Positions 39,007 to 51,707 of a DNA stretch of 64,000 nt are shown one piece after another; within the stretch, counting starts at the first letter, position 1, and each line of letters opens with the position of its first letter. The notes below the pieces were generated by a model, which was given only the letters and a program-made list of their open reading frames with translations, was not told the origin of the DNA and made no database searches. Source of the DNA: Eledone cirrhosa (taxonomy: Eukaryota); assembly GCA_964016885.1 (NCBI GenBank), contig OZ024744.1:94736001-94800000 (forward strand). The letters run 5' to 3'. The translations under genes were made by a program, and so were the position numbers.

Positions 39007-41317
39007 TGTCTCTCAGTTGACCACTTGCTACTGTCCTCTGAGGCAATTTTGCCCATTGCTATTGTCTCTCAGTTGACCACTTGCTACTGTCCTCTGTCCT
39101 CTGAAGCAATTTTTCCCATTGCTATTGTCTCTCAGTTGACCACTTGCTACTGGTCTCTGAGGCAATTTTGCCCATTGCTATTGTCTCTTAGTTGACCACT
39201 TGCTACTGGTTTCTGTCCTCTGAAGCAATTTTGCCCATTGCTATTGTCTCTCAGTTGACCACTTGCTACTGTCCTCTGAGGCAATTTTGCCCATTGCTAT
39301 TGTCTCTCAGTTGACCACTTGCTACTGTCCTCTGAAGCAATTTTGCCCATTGCTATTGTCTCTCAGTTGACTGCTTGCTACTGGTCTCTGTCCTCTGAAG
39401 CAATTTTCCCCATTGCTATTGTCTCTCAGTTGACCACTTGCTACTGTCCTCTGTCCTCTGAAGCAATTTTCCCCATTGCTATTGTCTCTCAGTTGACCAC
39501 TTGCTACTGGTCTCTGAGGCAATTTTGCCCATTGCTATTGTCTCTTAGTTGACCACTTGCTACTGGTTTCTGTCCTCTGAAGCAATTTTGCCCATTGCTA
39601 TTGTCTCTCAGTTGACCACTTGCTACTGGTCTCTGAGGCAATTTTGCCCATTGCTATTGTCTCTTAGTTGACCACTTGCTACTGGTTTCTGTCCTCTGAA
39701 GCAATTTTGCCCATTGCTATTGTCTCTCAGTTGACCACTTGCTACTGTCCTCTGTCCTCTGAAGCAATTTTCCCCATTGCTATTGTCTCTCAGTTGACCA
39801 CTTGCTACTGGTCTCTGAGGCAATTTTGCCCATTGCTATTGTCTCTTAGTTGACCACTTGCTACTGGTTTCTGTCCTCTGAAGCAATTTTGCCCATTGCT
39901 ATTGTCTCTCAGTTGACCACTTGCTACTGTCCTCTGTCCTCTGAAGCAATTTTCCCCATTGCTATTGTCTCTCAGTTGACCACTTGCTACTGGTCTCTGA
40001 GGCAATTTTGCCAATTGCTATTGTCTCTTAGTTGACCACTTGCTACTGGTTTCTGTCCTCTGAAGCAATTTTGCCCATTGCTATTGTCTCTCAGTTGACC
40101 ACTTGCTACTGTCCTCTGAAGCAATTTTGCCCATTGCTATTGTCTCTCAGTTGACCACTTGCTACTGTCCTCTGAGGCAATTTGGCCCATTGCTATTGTC
40201 TCTTAGTTGACCACTTGCTACTGGTCTCTGTCCTCTGAAGCAATTTTGCCCATTGCTATTGTCTCTCAGTTGACCACTTGCTACTGTCCTCTGTCCTCTG
40301 AAGCAATTTTCCCCATTGCTATTGTCTCTCAGTTGACCACTTGCTACTGGTCTCTGAGGCAATTTTGCCCATTGCTATTGTCTCTTAGTTGACCACTTGC
40401 TACTGGTTTCTGTCCTCTGAAGCAATTTTGCCCATTGCTATTGTCTCTCAGTTGACCACTTGCTACTGTCCTCTGAGGCAATTTGGCCCATTGCTATTGT
40501 CTCTTAGTTGACCCCTTGCTACTAGTCTCTGTCCTCTGAAGCAATTTTGCCCATTGCTATTGTCTCTCAGTTGACCACTTGCTACTGTCCTCTGAAGCAA
40601 TTTTGCCCATTGCTATTGTCTCTCAGTTGACTGCTTGCTAGTGGTCTCTGTCCTCTGAAGCAATTTTGCCCATTGCTATTGTCTCTCAGTTGACCACTTG
40701 CTACTGTCCTCTGTCCTCTGAGGCAATTTTGCCCATTGCTATTGTCTCTTAGTTGACCACTTGCTACTGGTTTCTGTCCTCTGAAGCAATTTTGCCCATT
40801 GTTATTGTCTCTCAGTTGACCACTTGCTACTGGTCTCTGAGGCAATTTTGCCCATTGCTATTGTCTCTTAGTTGACCACTTGCTACTGGTTTCTGTCCTC
40901 TGAAGCAATTTTGCCCATTGCTATTGTCTCTCAGTTGACCACTTGCTACTGTCCTCTGTCCTCTGAAGCAATTTTCCCCATTGCTATTGTCTCTCAGTTG
41001 ACCACTTGCTACTGTCCTCTGAGGCAATTTTGCCCATTGCTATTGTCTCTTAGTTGACCACTTGCTACTGGTTTCTGTCCTCTGAAGCAATTTTCCCCAT
41101 TGCTATTGTCTCTCAGTTGACCACTTGCTACTGTTCTCTGAGGCAATTTTGCCCATTGCTATTGTCTCTTAGTTGACCACTTGCTACTGGTTTCTGTCCT
41201 CTGAAGCAATTTTCCCCATTGCTATTGTCTCTCAGTTGACCACTTGCTACTGTCCTCTGAGGCAATTTTGCCCATTGCTATTGTCTCTTAGTTGACCACT
41301 TGAAGCAATTTCGCCCA
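39007..41317. repeat. 56/63-bp minisatellite with frequent 182-bp higher-order unit
   Basis: Unit TGTCTCTCAGTTGACCACTTGCTACT(GTCCTCT)GTCCTCTGAGGCAATTTTGCCCATTGCTAT; starts at 39007, 39063 and 39126. ORF-track offsets of 182 equal 63+63+56. Confidence 0.97.
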
Positions 41318-42406
41318 TGGCTGTCTTTGACAGCATTTAGCTGTTTTAAGGGCTGTTCTAGCGATGAGCTTTCTCATTTTTATATTTATCCTTTATTAAT
41401 TTTATCGAATTAGTGAAAGTTGAGTTTCCCAGTTTTCTTTCTGTTGTTGATAGATACAATAAATTTTGTATTTGTTTTAATCCATCAAATGAAGTTGAAA
41501 GACTTCAGAATAAATTTTTAGATTATCAAATACTACCAGATGACATAATACCAAACAAAGTTTAGGCCAAACGTTTAGTTTCTAAATACCGTATATGATT
41601 TTCAAATACTCTCAGGTTCCAAATAATAGAGGGACGGGGGGGGGGGATAAGTTGGAATAAGCAGAGTGGGGTGTGTGGAAAATCGGTTATTTTTCTAGAT
41701 TGTCCCTGCTGATTTTTTTAAAGACCAGAATTAGTTGTTTAGTTTACATATTGAGACCCCAACCAATCCTATTTATTTTATAACATATGGGATTTACTTT
41801 TTTTTGTTGTGTATAATGTTTTTTAATGTACAAAGAAAATTAACTGTCATAGGAATGTTACCACTTAAAATAAAATTTTGCCAGAGATAAATTTGCAATA
41901 TTTAATAAGTGAGAGGGCTGGAAAAAAAATCTGAAAAATTAATAAGCGGTAGGAGACAATTAATTGAGACCTGAGAGCCTTCTTCTTCTTTGCCCATTTA
42001 TTCCTGATAGACTCTTGGGGGAAGAGTCCTGTGGGGTCCTGTCAGAAGCAACCGACTCCAACTGATCCTACTGGATCCCCAAGTGGGATCAGCCAAGCTC
42101 ATGGATGTTATTCAACCATCTTGCTTGGGGTCAACCCCTGGATCTCCTGTTGGTTGGTTCTGCCCATAAAATCAGTCCAGTGATTTTTTTCCTAAGACAT
42201 TCTAACCACGTGACCATAGTATTGGAGTTGTGATCTCTCAATTCAGAGAAGCAATACCTGAGAGTAATTGTGAAATTAATCAAAAATTCGAAGGGATTTA
42301 TTTATATAACTTTCTCATTATTATGCTGGTGTTTGGAACATAACTAAACAAAAGTTCTTGCATAAAATTATCATAGAAGATTTTTAGATAAATAAAAACA
42401 CTTTAA

Positions 42407-42626
42407 CCCTTTAGCATTTACATTACTTTATATATACTATTGTATTTTTGTGGTAAAGGCTTTATCTTACATAATTACTTCACATAATATCGAATCTATG
42501 AGATTTTGATGTTATTTATTTTGAGAACATTACCTTAACATAAGTATGAGTGGTCAATTATGGCCAGTTTGAACAGAAAGAGGTGAGAGAATTCTGGCCG
42601 GATATAGCCGGTTAAATGCTAAAGGG
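42407..42626. mobile_element. piggyBac-type MITE
   Basis: Perfect TIRs CCCTTTAGCATTTA / TAAATGCTAAAGGG with TTAA on both sides. Confidence 0.88.
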
Positions 42627-42953
42627 TTAAGACAGATGATTTGTTTCAGAACCAGTGGCAGTTTCAAACAAGTTGATATCAAAGGAGTGAAAATACTACT
42701 CAGGAGTGAGTTTTTAAGGAAGCTATCCTTTATTAATTTTATCGAAATAGTGAAAGCCCAAATTTCCCAGGGTTCTATTTTCTTTTCTTTCTTGTTGATA
42801 AATAAAACATTTTTTTGTACTTGTTTTAGTTCAACAAATGAAGTTGAAAAACTTCAGAATGAATTTCTAGATTATGAAATATTGCCATATGATATAATTA
42901 CCCCACAAAGTTTTGGGTGAAGCATTAGTTTCTAAATGTGTAAATGATACAAA

Positions 42954-43365
42954 TGTGAGTCGGCTGGAAAGTTCTTAGGCTGACTAAAAAGGAATGATGC
43001 TAGAGCTGTGAAATCTTGCATGCATTACTTTCAACTCTTTTTATTAATAATTGCAAATTGTTTCTTTCCAGGACTATGTTGAAAAATAAACCTCATTTGG
43101 TCATTCCACGAGAGCATCTTGGTTAGCTTATGAATTTTTCAGCCAACCTTCCTATATGTTTGTGAATGAACATATGAGGGTGGCCTGGAAAATTCATAGG
43201 CTGACTATGAAAGCATGATGTTAAAGCTGTGAAATTTGCATACATTAATTTCAACTCTTCTTATTAATAACTGCATTGTTTCTTTCCCCGTGATTAATGT
43301 TAAAAAATAAACCTCATTTGGTCATTCGATGAGAGTATCTTGGTCAGCCTATGAACTTTTTAGCT
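42954..43365. mobile_element. Two adjacent mariner-like MITEs (~190 bp each)
   Basis: Ends GGCTGGAAAGTTCTTAGGCTGAC / GTCAGCCTATGAACTTTTTAGC; shared internal sequence. Confidence 0.65.
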
Positions 43366-43532
43366 CAGACGACCCCCGTAGCATCAAATATGAATGACTG
43401 TGATACAAAGTATCATAGAATTGATGTTTTATGGAATTATTTATATATAATATTTATCACTGAATGATGACAAGAAAAGATTTAAATATATGCCTAGGGT
43501 AGAGGTTTAATTTATAATTTCATACTCTAATG

Positions 43533-43849
43533 ATGTGTTGTTTCCTTGAGCAAGACACTTTATTTCACATTGCTCCAGTTCACTCAGCTGTAGAAATGAG
43601 ATGATAGGGACTGGGGTCCATATCATTCCACTGCAAAGTGGTTGCGGAGGTGCCATGGCAAAAAAAGCACCCAGCACTCACTGTAAAGTGGACATGTAGG
43701 CGCCACGGAAAAACAGCACCCAGCACTCACTGTAAATGAGGTTGGTGTTAGGAAGGGCATCCAGCTGTAGAAATCAAGCTAGAATCAGTTCCCGTCCCAC
43801 CCTTGCAAGCAGGGAAAAGCAGACGTAAAACGAAATGATGATGATGATG
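43533..43849 (+). mobile_element. SINE fragment with RTE-type tail
   Basis: TTGTTTCCTTGAGCAAGACACTTTATTTCACATTGCTCCAGTTCACTCAGCTG, followed by the same 3' UTR subrepeats and AGGAAGGGCATCCAGCTGTAG...(GAT)n as the RTE. Confidence 0.7.
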
Positions 43850-44029
43850 AATGCTGTTGAAATCTTAGGGTGGGGTGGGGGTGGAGAACGAATGTATGTA
43901 TTATACATAAATAGATACAGCAATATTCAATTGACAACCCTTATAAAGCTACTATAAACGTTTGAATTAAAAAAAAATTGTATTTAAATATTTTCTAAGA
44001 AATCATTGTAGGATGTTAAAGTGTTAAGA

Positions 44030-44226
44030 CAGATCTGCCAACCTCTAAATACCCAAACAGGGAGTACCATGAAAAAAAAATGCTCCCAAACTGGGAGAAA
44101 TGAGGTAAAATTGGGGAGATTTTAGATAATGAAAGCTATACCCATTTTCACAAGAGAAGACATCTCTCACCCACTCCAAAGTGGGTGGGAGATCTCCCAT
44201 TTGGATGGAGAGAGTTGACAGCTCTG
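44030..44226. mobile_element. hAT-like MITE
   Basis: CAGATCTGCCAAC...GTTGACAGCTCTG; inverted relative of 37304-37498. Confidence 0.7.
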
Positions 44227-44274
44227 ATAAAACAGACAGTTACATGTATATGAAAAAATATATATATATATATA

Positions 44275-45139
44275 CAGGGTGTGGACGATATTTGTGCGCA
44301 ATTTTCAACTGCTAATTTTATGCAAATTTTTTTACTTCCATTGTCACTGTTGTCTTCATAAAAACAGTGACTATATTTCCATTATTTATTTTCAGAATAA
44401 TTGATTATGAATAATTTTGACCCTCCAAATTTGTGGAAGAGACACGGAGTTCTTCTTGGAATCCGCGCCGGGAGGACAAATAAGACCAGAAGATCAACTC
44501 TCAGAACAACAGGTGGCTCACTGTCTCATCCAAAGACGTGCCCAGAGTCATGCAGACAAAGTTTCCAGCGACATCATTGGTCTTAGGTGTCGTCATGCCA
44601 CCTCACTTCTTCCCTGAGGGCCTCAAGCTGAACACCGATGGCTACATCCACGTTCTGAGTGAGGTAGTAAAGCCCTGGATCGACCAGGTAGCTGCAGGTA
44701 GGCTGTACGTGTGGCAGCAAGACTCAGCACCCTGCCATACCAGCCGAAAGACCCAAGCCTGGCTGTCAGAGAACTTCGTCGACCACACTTCACCTGACAT
44801 CTGGCTTCCCAGCTCGCCTGACTGCAACCCCCTCGACTTCTTTGTGTGGGGCACAGTGGAACGAGACACAAACAGATCTAGCTGCAATACGAAAGACGAT
44901 CTGAAGGCCAGGATCACAAGTGCCTTTAGGGGCCTAAGTCGGGGGATAGTGACGAGGGCCTGAAGCCGGTTCCGAGGCCGCCTTGGGCCATCATCAAAGC
45001 CAATTGATTGAGTGAGATCGAAAGAACAAGTCATGAAGACAAACTGACCCAAGTTTGATAAATAAATCTTAAAAAATAAAATTACTGTGTTACTTTTTCC
45101 TAGTCAGTAATCTTGCGAACAAATATCGTTCGCGCCCTG
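44275..45139 (+). mobile_element. Internally deleted Tc1/mariner transposon, DD37D (maT) family
   Basis: 27-bp TIRs (CAGGGTGTGGACGATATTTGTGCGCAA vs revcomp CAGGGCGCGAACGATATTTGTTCGCAA) with TA flanks. ORF 44538-44963 WQQDSAPCH...WLPSSPDCNPLDFFVWG has 37 residues between the second and third Asp. Confidence 0.92.
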
Positions 45140-46155
45140 TATATATTCTTAATGTTATAAATTGCGTCATCACAATATATAAGCCATATATCGCCACTTA
45201 ATATTAACTTGCTGGACCAGGGGTAATTCGACAGTTATCAACAACTAAGACACAATAAGTACTTTGATATAAGTAATAAAAAGACCAACAGAATGATGTG
45301 GTGTGTATCATATATGTTAGATTGTAGCAGTTTTATTATAATTACCAGTTTAGCAGAGTTATAGAAGTAGTAATGTAATAGTTACAGTGCCATGAGTAAC
45401 CAGTTTGGTAGAAAGATAGGATAGGAATATCGACAATGACTTTGGCTTGTTTTACATTATTTATTAACAAAGGTTGAACTGTGTAGAGCTGAGTAGAGCT
45501 GAGTAGAGCTGACATGCCAAGAGAAATAAAACAAACGAATTAAGATTTCAGAAAAGCACGGTCTACTGGCTGAAGTATTGCCAGGCCGTGGTTAAATTGT
45601 TGTGTTACATATTGGCTAGTGATTTCACGGCGAAAGAAAAATAGTTGTTTACCTTTCCACGGTCAGGCTGCAAGAGAGAGATTTCTCGAATCGACGCGGG
45701 AATTTTTCCCTCAGGGCGCGTAGAGATACATTCTCCTCCGCTGGCGGTCATTGGCTGGGCTGAGCCAAATAACGCACGGAGAATGTATATGAGCCCGCAG
45801 AATGTAGGTCACTACAATAACAAAGTGATATTTTACACAGAATATTTCAAGGGATATAACCCTTTTTTCAAATGTGAAACGAAATCGATTCAAGACAAAA
45901 CAAACGTTTTGTTTTTATTTGTCAACCTTTGCCCTTTATATATTTCTAGCATTGTACCATCTTTTTTTAAACGTATCAGTCTTTTATCAAATATCTCATA
46001 ATGCTTCGTATTAACTACACTTCTTTGATACGTATTGTGTGTATCCTGTTTAGAATAGGTACACTATGTCATAAGAAACGACTAAAAGGGTTGGTTTCAG
46101 GAAGGGCATCCTGCTGTAAAACATTGCCTCGAAGTTGATGTAAGCGTAAATCGAA

Positions 46156-46335
46156 ATAATTGTTCCTACTTTTGGCACAAGGCCAGCAATTACCAGTACA
46201 TTACTGGTACTTTATTTTATTGACCCCTTAAGGATGAAAGGCAAAGTTAACCTCGGCGGGATTTGAACTCAGAATGACAAGGGCCGTAACTCTATGCGTC
46301 AAAGCATGGTGTCAGACCCTCTACCGATACTGCCA
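46156..46335 (-). mobile_element. tRNA-derived SINE
   Basis: Reverse complement of the SINE family, A and B boxes present. Confidence 0.85.
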
Positions 46336-46998
46336 TGACGATGAAACATAATTTTTCTGAAGTACTTTATTACTGTTGGATGGATGTGATTTAAAATATT
46401 ATTTAATTAATTACCTGAAACTATTAATTATTGTAATTTAATTAAATGGGATATGTTTTTCTGTGTCCTATTTTTCCTATTTTGATATTGGGATTTTTTT
46501 TTTTAAACCTCTGATATTTTTTCTGTGACTTAATTTCCGTTCAATATTTGTAGAGTTTAAAAAAAAAAATTAAAAATAAATAGGTGACTTTGACCTATTT
46601 ATAATATATATTTTATTTTTATTTGTAACAATATTTTACATCAATGGAAAACTAAAAAATATTTTCTATGTTGTTCATTCGTAGTTTTTCTTAGGTTCTT
46701 AGCTTCTTAATCAGGTGAAATGTTACTTTGGAGGATCAAATATCACTAATGATCCTCACACATTATGTATAGCACAGTGAGTCATAAGTAATCGGGCAGG
46801 CCATCATTTATATTCCAAATGGTAATATTTACTAAAATTCCGATAATACATTAAACAAATACATAAAAAAATGTATCAAACAAATGTTTTAAAAAATATA
46901 TAATTAAAGTAAGTGATCGAAAAGCTGACCCCGTTTCTCAATATATTTTGAAGATGTTCAAAAAGTTATCTGTGAACCTTGCTATAAAATGCATTGAC

Positions 46999-47605
46999 TG
47001 CCCGGTTACTTTGATTCATCCTGTATATATAACCAAGTTGTAAATCATAAACATCATCTTTATGTCAATTCTTCCATGTTGGCATGGGTTGGACGGATCT
47101 TTTTGAGGCAATGTTTTTCATCAGATCCTCTTGTTAACACCAACACTCTTATTTGCTTCTTCTGACACTCAGGGATATGATATGCCTATTTTAAATTGGA
47201 TACACATGGTTATATATCAGACCTGTTCAACTCTCTCCGTCCGATGGGGAGATCTCTTCTTTTGTGAAAATGGTATAGCTTTCATTATGTAAAATCTCCC
47301 AATTTTCCCCCATTTCTCCCTGCTTTGGGGCACTTGTTTTAATGGTACTCCTCATTTGGGTTTTTAGTGGTTGGCAGGTCTGCTGTCCGGTTACTTTGAT
47401 TCACCCTCTATATATAAATAGCCAAGTTGTAAATCATAAACATCATCTTTATGTCAATTCTTCCATGTTGGTATGGGTTGGACAGGTCTTTTTGAGGCAA
47501 TGATTTACAGCCAGATGCTCTTGCTGACACCAACATTCTTATATGCTTCTTCCGACAGTCAGGGATATAGTATGCCTATTCTAAATTGGATACCCACGGT
47601 TATAT
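46999..47605. repeat. Local ~215-bp direct duplication flanking a hAT-like MITE (47218-47382)
   Basis: CCGGTTACTTTGATTCA...ATGCCTATT.TAAATTGGATAC.CA.GGTTATAT at ~47002 and ~47387; includes a reversed SINE tail. Confidence 0.75.
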
Positions 47606-47622
47606 TTATACATATATATATA

Positions 47623-50600
47623 TCATCATCATCATCACCGTTTTACGTCCGTTCTTCCACACCAGCATGGGTTAGACGGGTTGTCCTGTTGTGGGCAGTG
47701 TCCAATCGGCTAACCTTGTCATGCTCATATGGGAGCTGATTCTGGCTTGATTTCTACAGCTGGATGCCCTTCCTAACACCAACCTCATTTACAGTGAGTG
47801 CTGGGCCTTTTTTTCCGTGGCACCTCCATGTCCACTTTACAGTGTGGGTTGGGTGCTTTTTTGCTGTGACACCTCCATGACCATTTTGCAGTGGGAGGGT
47901 GTGGGGGCATATTGTCTATATGTTTCAGCTTCGGCTTATACCCGTGGGGTATTGGGTCTTCTGTATTACTGCATGATGCCAGAGGTCACGGTTGTGTGTC
48001 ATCGCCTTTGAGAGGTGTAATTGGGTAAGGTTGGCTGTTATCACCTCATCCCAGGTCTTCTTGGGTCTCCGCGGTTTCCAATGACTTCTAGTGCTCTGCA
48101 CCTTTTTATGCAGCTGTCATCCTTCATACGCATCACATACCAACACAACCGCCTCTCCTGCACACACCATTTGATTCCTCTTATGCTCAGTCTCTCTCTC
48201 AATTCGTTTATGCTTTGCCATTCGCATATATTACTATTACACATCCATCGGAGCATGCAGGCTTCTTTCTAATCTATGTAAGACTTCCACCTTCAGCGCC
48301 CATGTCTCACTACCATGTAACATTGCTGTTCGTATACACGCATCATACAGTCTGCCTTTCATTTTGAGGGAAAAGCCTTTTGCAGCTAGCAGTGGCAGTA
48401 GCTCCCTGAACTTCTTCCATCCTGTTCTTACCCTAGTTATTGTACTTTCTGAACACCCACTTCCGCTGCTAATTCGGTCACCTAGGTAGCAGAAGCTGTC
48501 TACTGTTTCTACAGACCCCTCCCAGAGTCTGGTGGTGTTTGTTTCCTGAAGCTGTTTGCTGCTTGCTGTCTCAGCACAGCTGTATATGTGAAGCCTATAT
48601 TCTTAGTTAAGCTTCCTGAGATCCTGCTACATCTCTTGTGTACCCATTGTTTGTATTTGGGTCAGCGAATGGAGTTCCTACATACACCTTTCCTACATAC
48701 TGAGCAAGGCCATTTCCCTGAGGGGATCTGGGTTCTGTTTTCTCGTCTACTTACAAGGACCTTAGTCTTTGTCAGGTTGACTTTGAGACCCTTTCTTTCT
48801 AGTCCCTGCTTCCAAGTTTGGAATTTCTTCTCTAGTTCTACCCTAGATTCAGCTATAAGTGCGAGGTCATCTGCATACAGGAGTTCCCATGGGCATCCGG
48901 TCTTAAACTCATCCGTTATTGCCTGCAGGACTATGATGAACAGGAGGGGGCTAAGAACAGAACCCTGGTGGACACCAACCTGTACACTAAATTCCTTGCT
49001 ATAGTCATTGCTAATCCTAACTTTGCTGACTGCTCCCCTATACATGGCTTGTACAGCTTTCACAAGCCCTTCATCTACTCCTAGTTTTCTAAGAGCCCAC
49101 CAGATTACAGCACGTGGAACTCTGTCAAAGGTTTTCTCGAGATCGACGAATGCTAGGTAGAGCGGCTTACTTAGAGTAAGCTAGGTACTTTTCCTGTAAC
49201 TGCCTGACAAGGAAGAGGGCATCAGTGGTGCCTCTTCCTGGCACAAACCCAAATTGCATCTCATCTAGTTTCACCCGGTCCCTAATCAACTGTGCTATAA
49301 CTCTTTCTGTTACTTTCATGACCTGGTCCATCAGCTTTATACCTCTATAGTTTCCTCTATCTAGTGCATCACATTTACCTTTGTAGCAGTTGACAATGAT
49401 GCTACTGCCCCAATCTTTTGGTATGACATCTTCTAGTATTACCTGGTAAACAATATGCGTTGTTATGGTGTGACCTACAGACCCAGATGCCTTCAGCATC
49501 TCAGCAGCTATACCCGATGGACCGGTTGCCTTCCCAGTCTTCCTATCTTTAATTGCCTTACTTACTAAGCTGCTGCTGACTTGTACTGCTGGCTCCTCTA
49601 TAGGGTCTACTTGGGGTAAGGTCTCTCCTTCCCTGCATTCTCCTCATTTAGTAATCTATCATAATGGCTCTTCCACGCATCTTTCTTCTCAACACTTGTG
49701 AGAGCAAGCTCACCTTTATCATTCCAGATACACTTCTCTCCAGTGACATCACAATTCTCTCTGACACACTGCCTCGCAATCTTGAACACCTCCTGTTTCT
49801 GGTCCTCACGTTGCAAAACATACTTGAATTTTCTATCCTCTACTTCCCTCCTAGCTAAGTATACTTGTCGCCTAGCTTCCCCCCTGGTCTCTATGTACCC
49901 TGCTTCCCCCGTTCTTCCATTCTTTCCATGCCTGTCTCTTAGCCTTAACTGCGTCATCTACCTTATTGTTCCACCATCAAGTCACTCTCCTCCTGCTTGT
50001 GGTTTTACTCCAGCCACAGATCTCATCCGCCCCTTTTAGTAAGTTATTTTTTAGGAACTCCCAGTGCTCTTCTACATTGAATGTCTCTATCTGTTCTTCT
50101 TTACTGTCATAGGCATTGAGTAAAATATCTTTAAATCTGTTACTGGCTAAGGGGTCTTTCAGCTTCCAGATCTTTCTTCTTCAGGTTGCCTTCTGTTTCC
50201 AAGTATGTCTAGTTTTGACAACTAAGTTATGTTGGGAGGTACATTCTTCACCTGGGAAGGCTTTTGTGTTTACAACCGTCCATCTGTCACGTCCTCTGAT
50301 GAGGATAAAATCTTTCTGACGACAATGCTCCCCTGATCTATAGGTGATCAGGTGGTTGTCGGGTTTTTTGAAGTTTGTGTTACATATCGACATGTCATTG
50401 GCGTCGCAGAATTCTAGAAGCCTGAAGCCTTCTTCATTTCTTGTGCCAAACCCGTGGCCTCCATGGACTCTATAGAAGGCATCACAGTGTTTACCTACGT
50501 GTCTGTTAAAATCTCCTGCAATGATTAGGAAGTCATTGTTGTCTGTTAGAGCAGTAGTGTGCATTAGGGACTCGTAAAACCTATCCTTAAGTTCATCTGG

Positions 50601-50950
50601 CAACCCTGATTGGGGTGCGTAAGCTGATATGTGGTTATTTGTATTATTCAGGGCTAGTCTGAGTTTAATGATTCTTGCATTCTGAGATTACCTTATCTGC
50701 CCATTTATCAGCTAGTAGGATACCTACACCACCCATCCCATCGTCATTTCCCACCCAGAAAAATTTGTAGCACTGACTTTTTCCTACAAGGACTCTAGCG
50801 GACTCTCCTCTCCATCTAGTCTCTTGTATGCAGCATACATCAATTTCCTTTCGCTCTAGCATCTCTACGATTTCTCCTGCTCTTCCTTTCATTGTGCTCA
50901 CATTGATGGTTCCAACTTGGAATTTTGCGCATTTGCCAACATTCGTGGGA
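47623..50950 (-). mobile_element. Near full-length, disrupted RTE-clade LINE (APE endonuclease + RT)
   Basis: APE motifs GTINVSTM, CCIQETRW, GVGIL, IAGDFN, DFIL and SQHNLV (50181-50901); RT NYRGIKL, QGSVLSP and YADD; Cys-rich GKWPCSVCRKGV; (GAT)n tail at 47623; several stops and frameshifts. Confidence 0.95.
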
Positions 50951-51281
50951 AAGGGGTAAATTTATCCAGTTCTGCGTTTACAGATTGACTTTGTTAGTTT
51001 CAGAAGATCCCGTTAAGGGTGAAAGCAGCGATTCTTTGCTTAAACTTTAATCTGTTATTTTAATAAATATATATATATATATATATTTCATTTCTGAATT
51101 TGTTTAGCAAGATTCTTTATCTGAAAACGTGTGTTGAAACCGATATTGTTATACTTTGGGAGAGTCATGTTGCCAATAAGAAACACATGCACCAGTTGCT
51201 TTCACTCCAATTTATTATAAATTAAAAAATTTATAAATTTTCGGTTGGTTGGTTCCACAACTGGACAGTTGTTCATATATT

Positions 51282-51324
51282 GTCAAAGTTCTCTCGTCAC
51301 ACATTCTGTGACCTCTTCAGTGAC
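51282..51324 (-). ncRNA. Type I hammerhead ribozyme, core mutated (GAAA to GAGA)
   Basis: Mirror copy of 51515-51557 with one substitution in the conserved GAAA. Confidence 0.7.
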
Positions 51325-51514
51325 TGGGGATTCTTTTCTTTGTTTTGTGCCTCTCCTTTATTCTGTCCTACGTCATCTTGTTCTGTCGTACGCCATCTTG
51401 TTTTTGTGTGTGAACACACACAAAAACAAGATGGCGTAGGACAGAGCAAACACAAAAACAAGATGGCGTAGGACAGAATAAAGGAGAGGCACAAAACAAA
51501 GAAAAGAATCCCCA

Positions 51515-51557
51515 GTCACTGAAGAGGTCACAGAATGTGTGACGAAAGAACTTTGAC
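51515..51557 (+). ncRNA. Minimal type I hammerhead ribozyme
   Basis: GTCA (stem I)-CTGAAGA-G-GTCACA gaatg TGTGAC (stem II)-GAA-AG aa CT (stem III)-T^TGAC (stem I'); predicted cleavage after 51553. Confidence 0.82.
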
Positions 51558-51707
51558 AATATATGAACTGTCTGGTTGTGGAACCAACTGGAAATTTCTA
51601 AATTTTTAAATTTATAATTTAATTTATAATAAATTGGAGTGAAAGCAACTGGTGTGTGTGTTTCTTATTGGCAACATGACCCTCCCAAAGTATAACAATA
51701 TATATAA

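Larger units (their letters stand above)
51143..51701. mobile_element. Palindromic PLE-related element: two inverted HHR + leader + ORF-start arms
   Basis: Arms ATATTGTTATACTTTGGGAG... and ...CTCCCAAAGTATAACAATAT, centre GTGTGTG-AA-CACACAC at 51413-51414. Confidence 0.85.

Noticed and set aside
38914-41057. ORFs in the 56/63-bp array
   Set aside because: Periodic artefacts of the repeat.
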